Assembly: GCA_964501035.1 (NCBI GenBank)
Contig: CAZCRK010000013.1
Span: forward strand, 1-34,007
Length of the DNA stretch: 34,007 nucleotides
Reading direction: 5' to 3'
Positions 9,229 through 18,522 of this stretch are shown in pieces. Under the pieces are notes generated by a model. It had not been told where the DNA came from, made no database searches, and saw nothing but the letters and a program-made list of their open reading frames with translations. The first letter of the stretch is position 1; each line of letters begins with the position of its first letter. The position numbers and the translations under genes are program-made.

Positions 9229-11832
9229 TTAGATATCAAACCAATAATCAAATTTAACAAATAGTGACTCAATATCGTATCGTTCAACTCCAATTTCATT
9301 TGATTTGAAATCTATAAACTCATTAAATGAAGTAAATCGTTTTCCGTTGATAAACTTTGATTTTGAGTACACAACATACATACTAGAACCTCGAGAAAAC
9401 TCCCACCTTAACACAAAATTAGAAATAAATGATGCGTATTTTGTGTAAAAAAATGGGTCATTTTGAGGATGAATATAATCAAATTCATCATCACAAGCAT
9501 CTTCATTGGACTCATCATAATCTCCAAAACAAGATATGGGATATTGATAATTATTTTCTTCATCAATAAACGTAAATTGAGTGGAATCTTGTTCGAGATT
9601 ATTAAAGTTTGTATAAAATTCTGAGTACATACTCAAGCTTAACTGTTTATTGAAACTTTTCTCAATTCTAAAATCAAAAATATCAATAAAATTATGAGAT
9701 TCAGAGAAGAGCGAGATGGGAGCATCAGAATTTGGAACAATGCGTGTTGGTATATTTCCATTGTTAATCTTGGGTTTAACTCCGTTATTTAGAAATCTGA
9801 ATTTCTCAAATGCTCTAATTTGAGATGCACCAACTTCTAACTGGAAAGATTCTGTTGGATTATAGTTAAACACGAGTGCATGTTCGCGCCCCCAATCGTT
9901 TATTTCACTTTGAACATAACTAACAGAATATTCTGCGTAGAGTGGTTTCCGAATATCGGTTGACAAAACTGTAGAAACACCCCTTGTTTCGGGTACTTTT
10001 AACACGAAACCAAGAGAGTCAATACCAAAATTATAGATTCCATTATGATTGTTATCTTCCCAAGTCATTAAATCATCAAAGTGAGATTTTGTGTTTACTA
10101 GGACAATTCTAGTAGCCCAATAGTTTTGGAATTCAATTGAAGTATGAAAAGAAACAGAATGGTCTAACACATCTTTCTGCAAATTTTCAGCATATTTAAA
10201 TTGGATATCAGCAGAAGCATTTTTAATAAAATCAATGGGGTAATCTGTTCTGTATTTTATCCCTGATTGTAATTTTTCAATATTGTTTCGTTCCATAAAA
10301 CCAGAATAATCAAAATTCAAACTATCGGATAATTTCTCATATTCAATCCATAGAGTAAAATGCTCAGGTGTTTTATAGCTAATTTCTGTGGAAATACCGT
10401 ACCCCGAATAGTCGATATTTCTCTTAATACTTGAAGAAACAAATTGGAAATCAAATGCAAACTTATTTTCAAATAAATTTATCATACCATCTAACGATTG
10501 TACGTTTGAAATTATCGAATTTTTAGTATTATTGAGTGTGTCTTCACCAGAATAATGTGTTGCAAATATTCCAATATTAGAATTGCCATCTAAAATATCA
10601 TATTGAATCCGACCATTATAGAATTCATCTCTATTTCCATGGGCTAACTGCTCTTGAATTGATGTTGTGCTATCGGAAGTTAAAGCACCTAAAATATTAT
10701 AAGACAGACCATATTGTGTTTTACCTGTTAATTTTCCCGCACCTAAAATAGATGTACCATAATCTCCAATCCGTCTCGAATAAAAGATTTCAAGTGGGGT
10801 GTAAAACTGAGATGCATTTTCCATGAAAAATGGTCTATTTTCATCAAGGTATGTCTCATATGCAGTTAGATTTATATCATTAGGGTCGGCTTCAATTTGT
10901 CCAAAATCTGGATTTAAAGTAAGATCAATGACAGCACTTTGTGTTACATAGTACTTTAAATCCAAACCTGTATTATCCATAAATCGATTTTGCTTTTTAT
11001 GAAACATGTTGTCTGCAGTTATCTCATTACCTGAATAATCACTTTTAAGTGTATAATAATCTAAACTACTCATTCCTTCTAAAATATAGGGTTTAAATTC
11101 AAAATTCTTTTGAGGGGTAACGTTTTTAATTCCGGTTAAATGACCATATTGTGATACGATTCCCTTAGTTCCTCTAGGAAAAGTAACCCACGTATCCGTT
11201 TCATTTTTTCGTTGAATATATCGAATAAAGTTGATTCCCCATTGCATGTTTTCTATTTCAATAAATCGTAAAACTGAAAATGGAATCCTATATTCAATTG
11301 ACCATCCAAGCTCATCTACATTCACATGTGAGCTCCATACAGAATCCCAAAAATCATCAATTGATTCATCATCATATACCATGTAATCAGCTTGTACTCC
11401 AGATGCATTTACTACAAATGCAAAAGCAGATTGGTGATCATGATGGCTATCAATTTCAATTGCAAACCAATCAGACTTTCCTTCAAAACCTTCAAACCAG
11501 TCATCATAATCTGATAATTGTTTTTTTATACCTGTTGGATTTGAATCGAATAGTCTAACTCCAAAATAAATAGCATCATTATCATATCCAATTTTCACTT
11601 CGGTTCTTTCAGAGGGTTGCTTCATGTTATGGGGTTCTTCTTGCAAAAAATCAGTGATGGGTGTAATCTCTTTCCAACATGCTTCTTGCAATATTCCATC
11701 AATTTTAACTGAAGATTGCAATTTCTCAATATGAATAAACTTGGAAGATTTATATTGCTCAAATGGTTCTGATCCGTCTCTGGAAAACAGCATAACCAAC
11801 AATAAAATATGTATTATAACTAGTTTATAAAT
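9229..11832 (-). CDS. Exported CBM9-like / DUF5916-type outer-membrane protein
   Basis: IDGILQEACW, WSIEYRIPFSVLRF, WGINFIRYIQR, DLTLNPDFGQIEAD, ENRPFFMEN, FYSRRIG; C-terminal FVKFDYWF strand. Start extended to ATT 11832 (see findings); ORF track start is 11802. Confidence 0.75.
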   Translation of the reverse strand: MYKLVIIHILLLVMLFSRDGSEPFEQYKSSKFIHIEKLQSSVKIDGILQEACWKEITPITDFLQEEPHNMKQPSERTEVKIGYDNDAIYFGVRLFDSNPTGIKKQLSDYDDWFEGFEGKSDWFAIEIDSHHDHQSAFAFVVNASGVQADYMVYDDESIDDFWDSVWSSHVNVDELGWSIEYRIPFSVLRFIEIENMQWGINFIRYIQRKNETDTWVTFPRGTKGIVSQYGHLTGIKNVTPQKNFEFKPYILEGMSSLDYYTLKSDYSGNEITADNMFHKKQNRFMDNTGLDLKYYVTQSAVIDLTLNPDFGQIEADPNDINLTAYETYLDENRPFFMENASQFYTPLEIFYSRRIGDYGTSILGAGKLTGKTQYGLSYNILGALTSDSTTSIQEQLAHGNRDEFYNGRIQYDILDGNSNIGIFATHYSGEDTLNNTKNSIISNVQSLDGMINLFENKFAFDFQFVSSSIKRNIDYSGYGISTEISYKTPEHFTLWIEYEKLSDSLNFDYSGFMERNNIEKLQSGIKYRTDYPIDFIKNASADIQFKYAENLQKDVLDHSVSFHTSIEFQNYWATRIVLVNTKSHFDDLMTWEDNNHNGIYNFGIDSLGFVLKVPETRGVSTVLSTDIRKPLYAEYSVSYVQSEINDWGREHALVFNYNPTESFQLEVGASQIRAFEKFRFLNNGVKPKINNGNIPTRIVPNSDAPISLFSESHNFIDIFDFRIEKSFNKQLSLSMYSEFYTNFNNLEQDSTQFTFIDEENNYQYPISCFGDYDESNEDACDDEFDYIHPQNDPFFYTKYASFISNFVLRWEFSRGSSMYVVYSKSKFINGKRFTSFNEFIDFKSNEIGVERYDIESLFVKFDYWFDI

Positions 11833-12047
11833 TAAAAATCCTTATTAAGCTTTTTATTCATTTAATATCAAGAATAAATTTGAGAATGATACATTATATC
11901 AACCAACAAGAATGACAAATTGTTACAATTCATTCAAATGATATAAAAAGGTCTTTAATATTATTTTTTATGTCGATATTTATTTAAATACTTTGTAACT
12001 TTTTGCAGTTCTATTTAATTATTTTTTACCATTTATGGAGGTTTATA

Positions 12048-12821
12048 ATGAAAATCTGCGTTTTAATAAAGCAGGTTCCTAATGAAGATTCACCAGTTGT
12101 GATTGGATCTGATGGGATTTCAGTCAATAATGAAAACACCACATTCACAACGAATGAATCTGATACATATGCAATGGAAGAAGCATTATTGTTAAAGGAA
12201 AAACATGGTGGTGAAGTAGTTGTTTGTTCACTCGGAGGTGATTCAGCAACTCAAGTCATTAAAGATAGTTTAGCTAAGGGCGGTGATCGTGGTATAATGA
12301 TAAATGACCCACATTTTGAAAACTTACCTCCTCTTGAATTAGCCAAAGTTATTTCTGAAGCCATCAAAAATGAAGCATTTGATTTAATTTTATCTGGTAC
12401 TCAATCTGCAGATGCAGGATATTCACAAGTGGGCGTCTTAGTTGCGGAAATGCTCGGCACAACACATTCAGCCCTTGTAGCTGAAACTGAAGTAGTTAAT
12501 GATTCCACAATAAAAGTAAAACGTGAGCTAGAAGGTGGATGGTTTCAATGGAGTGAGTTAACATTACCTGCTTCATTATCAATCCAATCAGGAATTAATA
12601 AACCAAGATATGCTACATTAAAAGGAATAATGGGTGTAAAAAGAAAAACTGTTGATACGGTTACTGCTACAGAGCTTGGTATCGATTCATTTGAAACAAC
12701 CTCAAATGTGTCTTCACTCTATGTTCCTCAAAAATCAAACAATACAACTTTTATTGATGGTACGGCTGATGAAATTGCTGACAAACTAGTTGACCTTTTT
12801 AAAAACGAATTTAATATTTAG
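12048..12821 (+). CDS. etfB: Electron transfer flavoprotein subunit beta
   Basis: MKICVLIKQVP, GTQSAD, RELEGG, NKPRYATLKGIM; start set to ATG 12048 behind GGAGG. Confidence 0.95.
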   Translation: MKICVLIKQVPNEDSPVVIGSDGISVNNENTTFTTNESDTYAMEEALLLKEKHGGEVVVCSLGGDSATQVIKDSLAKGGDRGIMINDPHFENLPPLELAKVISEAIKNEAFDLILSGTQSADAGYSQVGVLVAEMLGTTHSALVAETEVVNDSTIKVKRELEGGWFQWSELTLPASLSIQSGINKPRYATLKGIMGVKRKTVDTVTATELGIDSFETTSNVSSLYVPQKSNNTTFIDGTADEIADKLVDLFKNEFNI

Positions 12822-12829
12822 GAATATTC

Positions 12830-13771
12830 ATGAAAATATTAACATTTATCCAACACGATGATTCTATTAACAATATTTCACTTGAAGCACTTGTTGGTGC
12901 TCAAAAACTTGCGCAGGATACAGGTGGAAGTGTTGTTGCAGTTACATTTAGTTCAGATGCTATCTCTTCTCTTGAAAAATATGACTTAGCTAAAATTTTA
13001 GTCGCTAATAATCCTAATCTGAGCGAATATAATCCATTGAATTTTACATCTGCTCTTGAACAAATCATCAATTCTGAATCTCCTGATATTGTACTATTTG
13101 GTCATACGTACGAAGCACGTGATTGGTTGCCACGACTAAGTGCACGTTTAAATAGACCACTCATTACCGATTGCATTGACTGCAAAAATGAAAATGGTAT
13201 CACTTTAACTCGGCCATTGTATCAAGGGAAAATTTACTCAGATATCAAAACAGATGGTGGAATGGTATTAGTAGCATTTCAACCTGGTACTTTTAAAGTT
13301 GACAATCTAGAAAACGGTTCTGCACCTAATGAGAGTATTGAAGTAACTTTTTCAGATTCTAATTCAATAACCAACAGCGAAAAATTCCAAGAGTCATCCG
13401 GTGGTGTTGATTTAACTACTGCTGACACTATTGTTACAATTGGTAGAGGAATTGGAAAAGAAGAAAATATTCCAATGGCTGAAGAACTTGCAACTAAAAT
13501 GAGTGCTCAACTCGGTGCATCTCGCCCAATTGTGGATGCAAATTGGATTGACCATTCTCGACAAGTTGGTAGTTCGGGACAAACAATTGCTCCAAATGTG
13601 TATTTAGGTTTGGGTATTTCTGGTGCAATCCAACACTTAGTGGGAATAAAGGGATCAAAAAATATTGTTGCAATCAATAAAGATGAAAATGCTCCAATAT
13701 TTGATATTGCCGATTATGGCGTTGTCGGTGATATCCATGAAATTATCCCCAAACTCATCGAAAAACTTTAA
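12830..13771 (+). CDS. etfA: Electron transfer flavoprotein subunit alpha
   Basis: GRGIG, GASRPIVD, QVGSSGQTIAP, GISGAIQH, INKDENAPIFDIADYGVVGD. Confidence 0.95.
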   Translation: MKILTFIQHDDSINNISLEALVGAQKLAQDTGGSVVAVTFSSDAISSLEKYDLAKILVANNPNLSEYNPLNFTSALEQIINSESPDIVLFGHTYEARDWLPRLSARLNRPLITDCIDCKNENGITLTRPLYQGKIYSDIKTDGGMVLVAFQPGTFKVDNLENGSAPNESIEVTFSDSNSITNSEKFQESSGGVDLTTADTIVTIGRGIGKEENIPMAEELATKMSAQLGASRPIVDANWIDHSRQVGSSGQTIAPNVYLGLGISGAIQHLVGIKGSKNIVAINKDENAPIFDIADYGVVGDIHEIIPKLIEKL

Positions 13772-13796
13772 TCTTTTTAGAAAGGACTAACCAACC

Positions 13797-15647
13797 ATGA
13801 TGAATAATTTTTCTGTCATAGAACAGATTGTTCTCTTCATTCTTGTTATTCTAGCAATATCTTCTTTTGGTTACGAAGTCCTCAAACGATTAAAAATTGT
13901 CGCTAAAGGCACCCCCTCATTTTCATTTGATAACATCCCAAAACGATTACTTCGATTAATTAAAGAATACTTGTTTCAGTCAAAAGTGATTGGGCAACGA
14001 TTTTGGCCGGGGCTTATGCATGCATTTGTGTTTTGGGGTTTTCTCGCATTTGGATTAATTACTATTGACCATTTTGCACTTGGGTTTAATTCAGGATTGT
14101 TTTCTGATGATTTACGTCATATCATTGCTGTATGTGTTGGTTTTCCTTGGTCAGTTCTAGTATTAATTGGTATTCTAAGTTTAGCATATAGGCGGTTTAT
14201 CATTCGTCCAAAACCACTTGGTGATTTATCCATAAAATCTGGAATTGTAGCAATTTTTATTTCACTTTTAATGATAACATATATCTATGGTGAAGGGTTT
14301 CACCCTCAAGGATTAATGTTTAAAATTAATTGGTGGCTTCATGCATTATTAATCCTTGCATTTTTAACATTGATTCCAAAATCCAAACATTTGCATTTAG
14401 TTTTAGCTCCATTTAACATTTTCTTTAAACCGTTTGTTATTCCTGAACATGAACCGATTGCAATTGACATGGAAGCGGATGAAGAAGCATTGGATGAAAT
14501 GTTAAATCAAATGACTAATATGACCCAAAAAATGGCATTGGATTTGTTTTCCTGTGTGGAATGTGGAAGATGCTCTGAGGTATGCCCTGTGACGCGTGGT
14601 GAAGGAGTGTTGGATCCAAAACATCATTTTATATTAGACCAAAAAAAGGAAGCCCTTTCTCAAAATTCTACCAATATTTTGGATAAAATTCAAGTGGATG
14701 CTGGTTGGGAATGTACAACTTGCCAAGCATGTACTGAGGTTTGTCCAGTAGGAAATCAAGTTGAACGTTCAGATGAAATTAGACGTCTGCAAGTATTAGT
14801 TGAGGGCAATGTTCCTCCCGAATATCAAAAAGTATTTATGAATATTCAAAATACTGGTAATACTGAGGGTGCTTCTGGAAATGGATTTGCAAGTACATTA
14901 CCAACATTTTCTTCAGAAAAAGAATATGTTCTGTGGTTGGGTTGTTTTGCACGACATTCTGTTGATAAAAACTTCATGAGCTCTGTTGATAATTTCTTAA
15001 AAGTAATCGATAAGTCCGGCGTTTCATTTGGTGTTTTAGAGGATGAACAATGTACAGGTGACCCAGCAAATAGGTTAGGTGATAAGTTAACCTTTAGTAT
15101 GCAAATGGAACATAACTTAGAACAGCTGGCTGATGCAAAAAAAATCATTACTATGTGTCCTCACTGTTCAGTAACTCTAGGGCAAGAGTATTCAAAATAT
15201 AATAAAATCCCATATACGGTTGAACATCATACTCAATTTTTATCACGAATGATACACGATGGGAAAATTTCTGTAAACCCTGGATCCATGGAAAAATTAA
15301 CATATCATGACGCATGCAATTTATCTAGGTTTATGGATGAAACAGAAGCACCACGAAATGTAATTAAATCTATAGCACCTAATTATTTTGAGCAGAAAGA
15401 ACATAGCAGAAAAACGGTCTGTTGTGGTGCAGGTGGTGGCCAATGGTGGAAAAAAGATACTCAAGGTCACACACATTTAGTTCGTCCAAGGCAAGTGCTT
15501 GAATCTAAGGCAGAAACAGTCGTAACTGCGTGTAACTTTTGCTTTGCGATGATGAATCAAGGGTTGCCAACCATTACACCTGATGACCAAACACCAGTCG
15601 TAGTTAAGGATATTGCTGATTTAGTTGCAGAAAATTTAGTTCAATAA
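13797..15647 (+). CDS. Membrane-bound heme b / FeS oxidoreductase (FadF/HdrD-like; probable ETF:menaquinone oxidoreductase)
   Basis: N-terminal TM helices with candidate heme His residues (MHAFVFWGF, WWLH, SKHLH); two CxxCxxCxxxCP motifs; two CCG-type domains (WLGC..CTGD..CPHC; YHDAC..CCGAGGG..CNFC); follows etfBA. Confidence 0.85.
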   Translation: MMNNFSVIEQIVLFILVILAISSFGYEVLKRLKIVAKGTPSFSFDNIPKRLLRLIKEYLFQSKVIGQRFWPGLMHAFVFWGFLAFGLITIDHFALGFNSGLFSDDLRHIIAVCVGFPWSVLVLIGILSLAYRRFIIRPKPLGDLSIKSGIVAIFISLLMITYIYGEGFHPQGLMFKINWWLHALLILAFLTLIPKSKHLHLVLAPFNIFFKPFVIPEHEPIAIDMEADEEALDEMLNQMTNMTQKMALDLFSCVECGRCSEVCPVTRGEGVLDPKHHFILDQKKEALSQNSTNILDKIQVDAGWECTTCQACTEVCPVGNQVERSDEIRRLQVLVEGNVPPEYQKVFMNIQNTGNTEGASGNGFASTLPTFSSEKEYVLWLGCFARHSVDKNFMSSVDNFLKVIDKSGVSFGVLEDEQCTGDPANRLGDKLTFSMQMEHNLEQLADAKKIITMCPHCSVTLGQEYSKYNKIPYTVEHHTQFLSRMIHDGKISVNPGSMEKLTYHDACNLSRFMDETEAPRNVIKSIAPNYFEQKEHSRKTVCCGAGGGQWWKKDTQGHTHLVRPRQVLESKAETVVTACNFCFAMMNQGLPTITPDDQTPVVVKDIADLVAENLVQ

Positions 15648-15655
15648 TTTTTCTG

Positions 15656-15787
15656 TTGGAGTTTATTTTTCAATCAATTGAGCAATTTTTTTCGAGCATC
15701 CCTCCTCGAATTCTATCCGTTTTGTTAACGGTTCTTGGTGTTGTAGTTTTAACCTTAACTTTTAGATATTGGCTATCAAAAAGGTGA
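15656..15787 (+). CDS. Putative 43-aa single-pass membrane protein
   Basis: TTG start 8 nt after the oxidoreductase stop. MEFIFQSIEQFFSSIPPRILSVLLTVLGVVVLTLTFRYWLSKR has a hydrophobic helix and a basic tail. No clear RBS. Confidence 0.5.
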   Translation: MEFIFQSIEQFFSSIPPRILSVLLTVLGVVVLTLTFRYWLSKR

Positions 15788-15937
15788 TTTATAGCACAAA
15801 ATTCTAAATAAAATATTTTTTCCTTGAATTTATATCAAATTAGTTTTAGTTTCGAGTGTTATTCTAGACATCACTTTTTAGTAAATAACAATAAAAATAC
15901 GGTAAAATACTCAAAATAATAAAAGGAGGAGTAAATA

Positions 15938-18079
15938 ATGAAACGTATATTAATGATGGTTGTCGCAGTTTCAACGCTTATGGTGGCGCAAGATGCTGCA
16001 GGTAACTATAAACTGTCTGGTCTTAATGTAACGTACTATGATGTAGCTCGTTATACTACACCTATCGTTGTTGACGATATTTATGGTGCTGGTGTATCAT
16101 TAGCAATAAGTGCTATTGAACAGGGTGAAATATTTTATGCTACATTTAATGGTCCACACAGTGAAGCATATTTAACATATGCTGGTGTAAACTTAAATGT
16201 AAACTTGTATCCAGATGGTACTGGCCACATTGCTGAAGGTAGTTTCTACCCTGATGTAAATCAAGTTGACTGTATTTCTGGTGTACAAGTATTACCAATT
16301 ACAGATAATTTAATTTATACTTCTGATCTAAACGCTGGGTTGTCATGGCCATCCACAAATATTGCTGGTTTACCATCACATAACCCATATGCTTATGATC
16401 CAAGTACTGCTGGAACAGTAGGTTCATTCTCACTTAGTCAATCAGTTATTTTTGACTTTTTCCCAGCAACACCAACTCAAACATCTATTCCATTCCCAAT
16501 TCATTTTGGTGATTTTGATGGTAGTGGGTCAATTGATTATGAACTTGGCGAAGGCATACCTCCAGGTTATACACTTCCTGGTGTAGCTGGTGGACTTATC
16601 CAAATTGGTGAAAATAACCCAAGTATAATGTTGGAAGATTTAGACGGTGACGGAGTTCCAGAACCAAATGCTGATTGGGATTTAACATTAGAATGGCATG
16701 CTATCGATGGTGCTTTAGCTGAAAGTGGACTTGGAGATATCATTGGTGAAGATGAAGATGGTGACGGAACTGATTTCGATCGTATTTTCGGTCTTCCATA
16801 TATCACTGCTGCATACTTAAATCCAGATCCATCATGTGGTGGATTTAACTATCCAATCTTTGGTGGTCAAGCTGTAGTTGATGTTATGGTTGCTTCTGTT
16901 TATGCTGGTTATTTTGATGCGTGTTCAGGTGCTGGTGGAGTATGGGAAATGATTTATGGTGGTTGTTTGCTTGAAGGTGGTGATGAAGCTACTTGTGCAG
17001 CAGTTGCAAATGCTTCTACTGAAATACCTGCTGGATCCGGTACAGACTACTGTGATCCGTTTGCTTCCAGTATGGCTTCAGGTTGGGAACTAACATGTGT
17101 GGATGAAGCAGATGGTTTAGCGAATGATGCATACGTTATGGATCCTTCTTTAGAACCATGGGGTAATTTCCTAACATTAAATGCTGCTATGTTCCAAGGT
17201 TGCTTGGCACAAACTGGTGGTGACCCTACACCTTGTTTAGATTACATGGTTGATGATAGTGACCATGACTTTAATGGTGTTGATGGTAAACTTGTTATGC
17301 GTTTCTCACCAACTTGTATTCCTGAAGTTGAAATTCGTCAGGTTACTACAGAATTCTATAGTGTAGATGACGTATGTGGACACTCTGGTGATGCAACTGG
17401 TGACGGTGTTGTAAACGTACAAGATATCGTACGAACTATTGATCATATCTTAGGTGGTACACCTTTAGGTGGCGCTGCAATTTGCGAAGCTGACTTAAAT
17501 GATGATGGTATCATTAATGTTATCGATATCGTTGGTATGGTAAATGTTATCCTTGGTGATGGTCGTTCAGTTGATGCAGACGCATCTTACTCAATAAACG
17601 GTACTACTATGGTTGCTGAAAATGTAGCAGGTATCCAAGTAGAAGGCAATTTACTTTCTGCTGTAAATGGTAATGATATAGTTGTAAGCGGTAACGGAAC
17701 TACAGTTATTTATAACCTTAATGGTAAATTAGATACACAATCTTTCACATTTGATAATGTATCTGATGCTGTTGTTGTAGATCAAAATGCTGCTGTTGTT
17801 ACTATGTCTGTTGTTGAAGGTTTTGAGCTAAGTGCTGCTTATCCAAATCCATTCAATCCAACAACAAGCTTTGACCTAACTATTGATAATGCTGCTGATG
17901 TATCTGTAAAAGTATATAATGCAGTGGGTCAATTAGTAAGCGTTATTGCAGAAGGCAATATGAATGCAGATACATATAACTTTACTTGGGATGCTGGCAA
18001 TGTGTCTAGTGGTGTTTACTTCATCACTACTCAAGTTGGTTCAGACTTGAACACTCAAAAAGTTATGTTGATGAAATAA
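15938..18079 (+). CDS. Secreted Cys/Gly/Asp-rich surface protein with dockerin and T9SS type-A C-terminal sorting domain
   Basis: Signal peptide MKRILMMVVAVSTLMVA; duplicated dockerin motif (GDATGDGVVNVQDIV...ADLNDDGIINVIDIV); C-terminal domain YPNPFNP...VYNAVGQLV...SGVYF...KVMLMK; strong AGGAGG RBS. Confidence 0.85.
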   Translation: MKRILMMVVAVSTLMVAQDAAGNYKLSGLNVTYYDVARYTTPIVVDDIYGAGVSLAISAIEQGEIFYATFNGPHSEAYLTYAGVNLNVNLYPDGTGHIAEGSFYPDVNQVDCISGVQVLPITDNLIYTSDLNAGLSWPSTNIAGLPSHNPYAYDPSTAGTVGSFSLSQSVIFDFFPATPTQTSIPFPIHFGDFDGSGSIDYELGEGIPPGYTLPGVAGGLIQIGENNPSIMLEDLDGDGVPEPNADWDLTLEWHAIDGALAESGLGDIIGEDEDGDGTDFDRIFGLPYITAAYLNPDPSCGGFNYPIFGGQAVVDVMVASVYAGYFDACSGAGGVWEMIYGGCLLEGGDEATCAAVANASTEIPAGSGTDYCDPFASSMASGWELTCVDEADGLANDAYVMDPSLEPWGNFLTLNAAMFQGCLAQTGGDPTPCLDYMVDDSDHDFNGVDGKLVMRFSPTCIPEVEIRQVTTEFYSVDDVCGHSGDATGDGVVNVQDIVRTIDHILGGTPLGGAAICEADLNDDGIINVIDIVGMVNVILGDGRSVDADASYSINGTTMVAENVAGIQVEGNLLSAVNGNDIVVSGNGTTVIYNLNGKLDTQSFTFDNVSDAVVVDQNAAVVTMSVVEGFELSAAYPNPFNPTTSFDLTIDNAADVSVKVYNAVGQLVSVIAEGNMNADTYNFTWDAGNVSSGVYFITTQVGSDLNTQKVMLMK

Positions 18080-18102
18080 GTTTTCATTCATTGATTACTT
18101 TT

Positions 18103-18131
18103 AAAAAAGCCCGGTTTTGCCGGGCTTTTTT
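18103..18131 (+). terminator. Rho-independent terminator
   Basis: AAAAAA-GCCCGG-ttttg-CCGGGC-TTTTTT just after the 15938-18079 CDS. Confidence 0.9.
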
Positions 18132-18182
18132 ATTTTTTAGTAATTTCACACAAACATACTTTTTTGTCTTGAAGGTTTAGTT

Positions 18183-18216
18183 ACCCTATCAAAGGTTTGC
18201 AAACCTTTGATAGGGT
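18183..18216. repeat. Perfect 34-bp palindrome (REP-like)
   Basis: ACCCTATCAAAGGTTTG|CAAACCTTTGATAGGGT, no spacer and no T-tract. Confidence 0.8.
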
Positions 18217-18522
18217 GTAAAATCCCTTTTCTTTTTGTCAGAATCAAGATTAACAGGATTACAGAATATTCAATATGACAAAAGATACTTGGTTGAATAC
18301 TTGAAACTTGGATTTAGTTTTTCTGTTAGGGTCATTTTCATACTTTACAAACTTAAAACTTTCTACTTAATAGTGAGCTTATCATGTACAATGAGTAACC
18401 AAACACATAGTTTTACACGCATTAATTTAAACATTATATTTTATTTCGTTTTCATAGAACAATCCTGTTAGATTTAAGACTGTAATTTTTCTGAATTTAC
18501 TTTATCTAAAGGAGATAATGTT

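Noticed and set aside
18235..18471. 78-aa intergenic ORF
   Set aside because: TTG start, no RBS, no recognisable family; coincides with repeat-like DNA.
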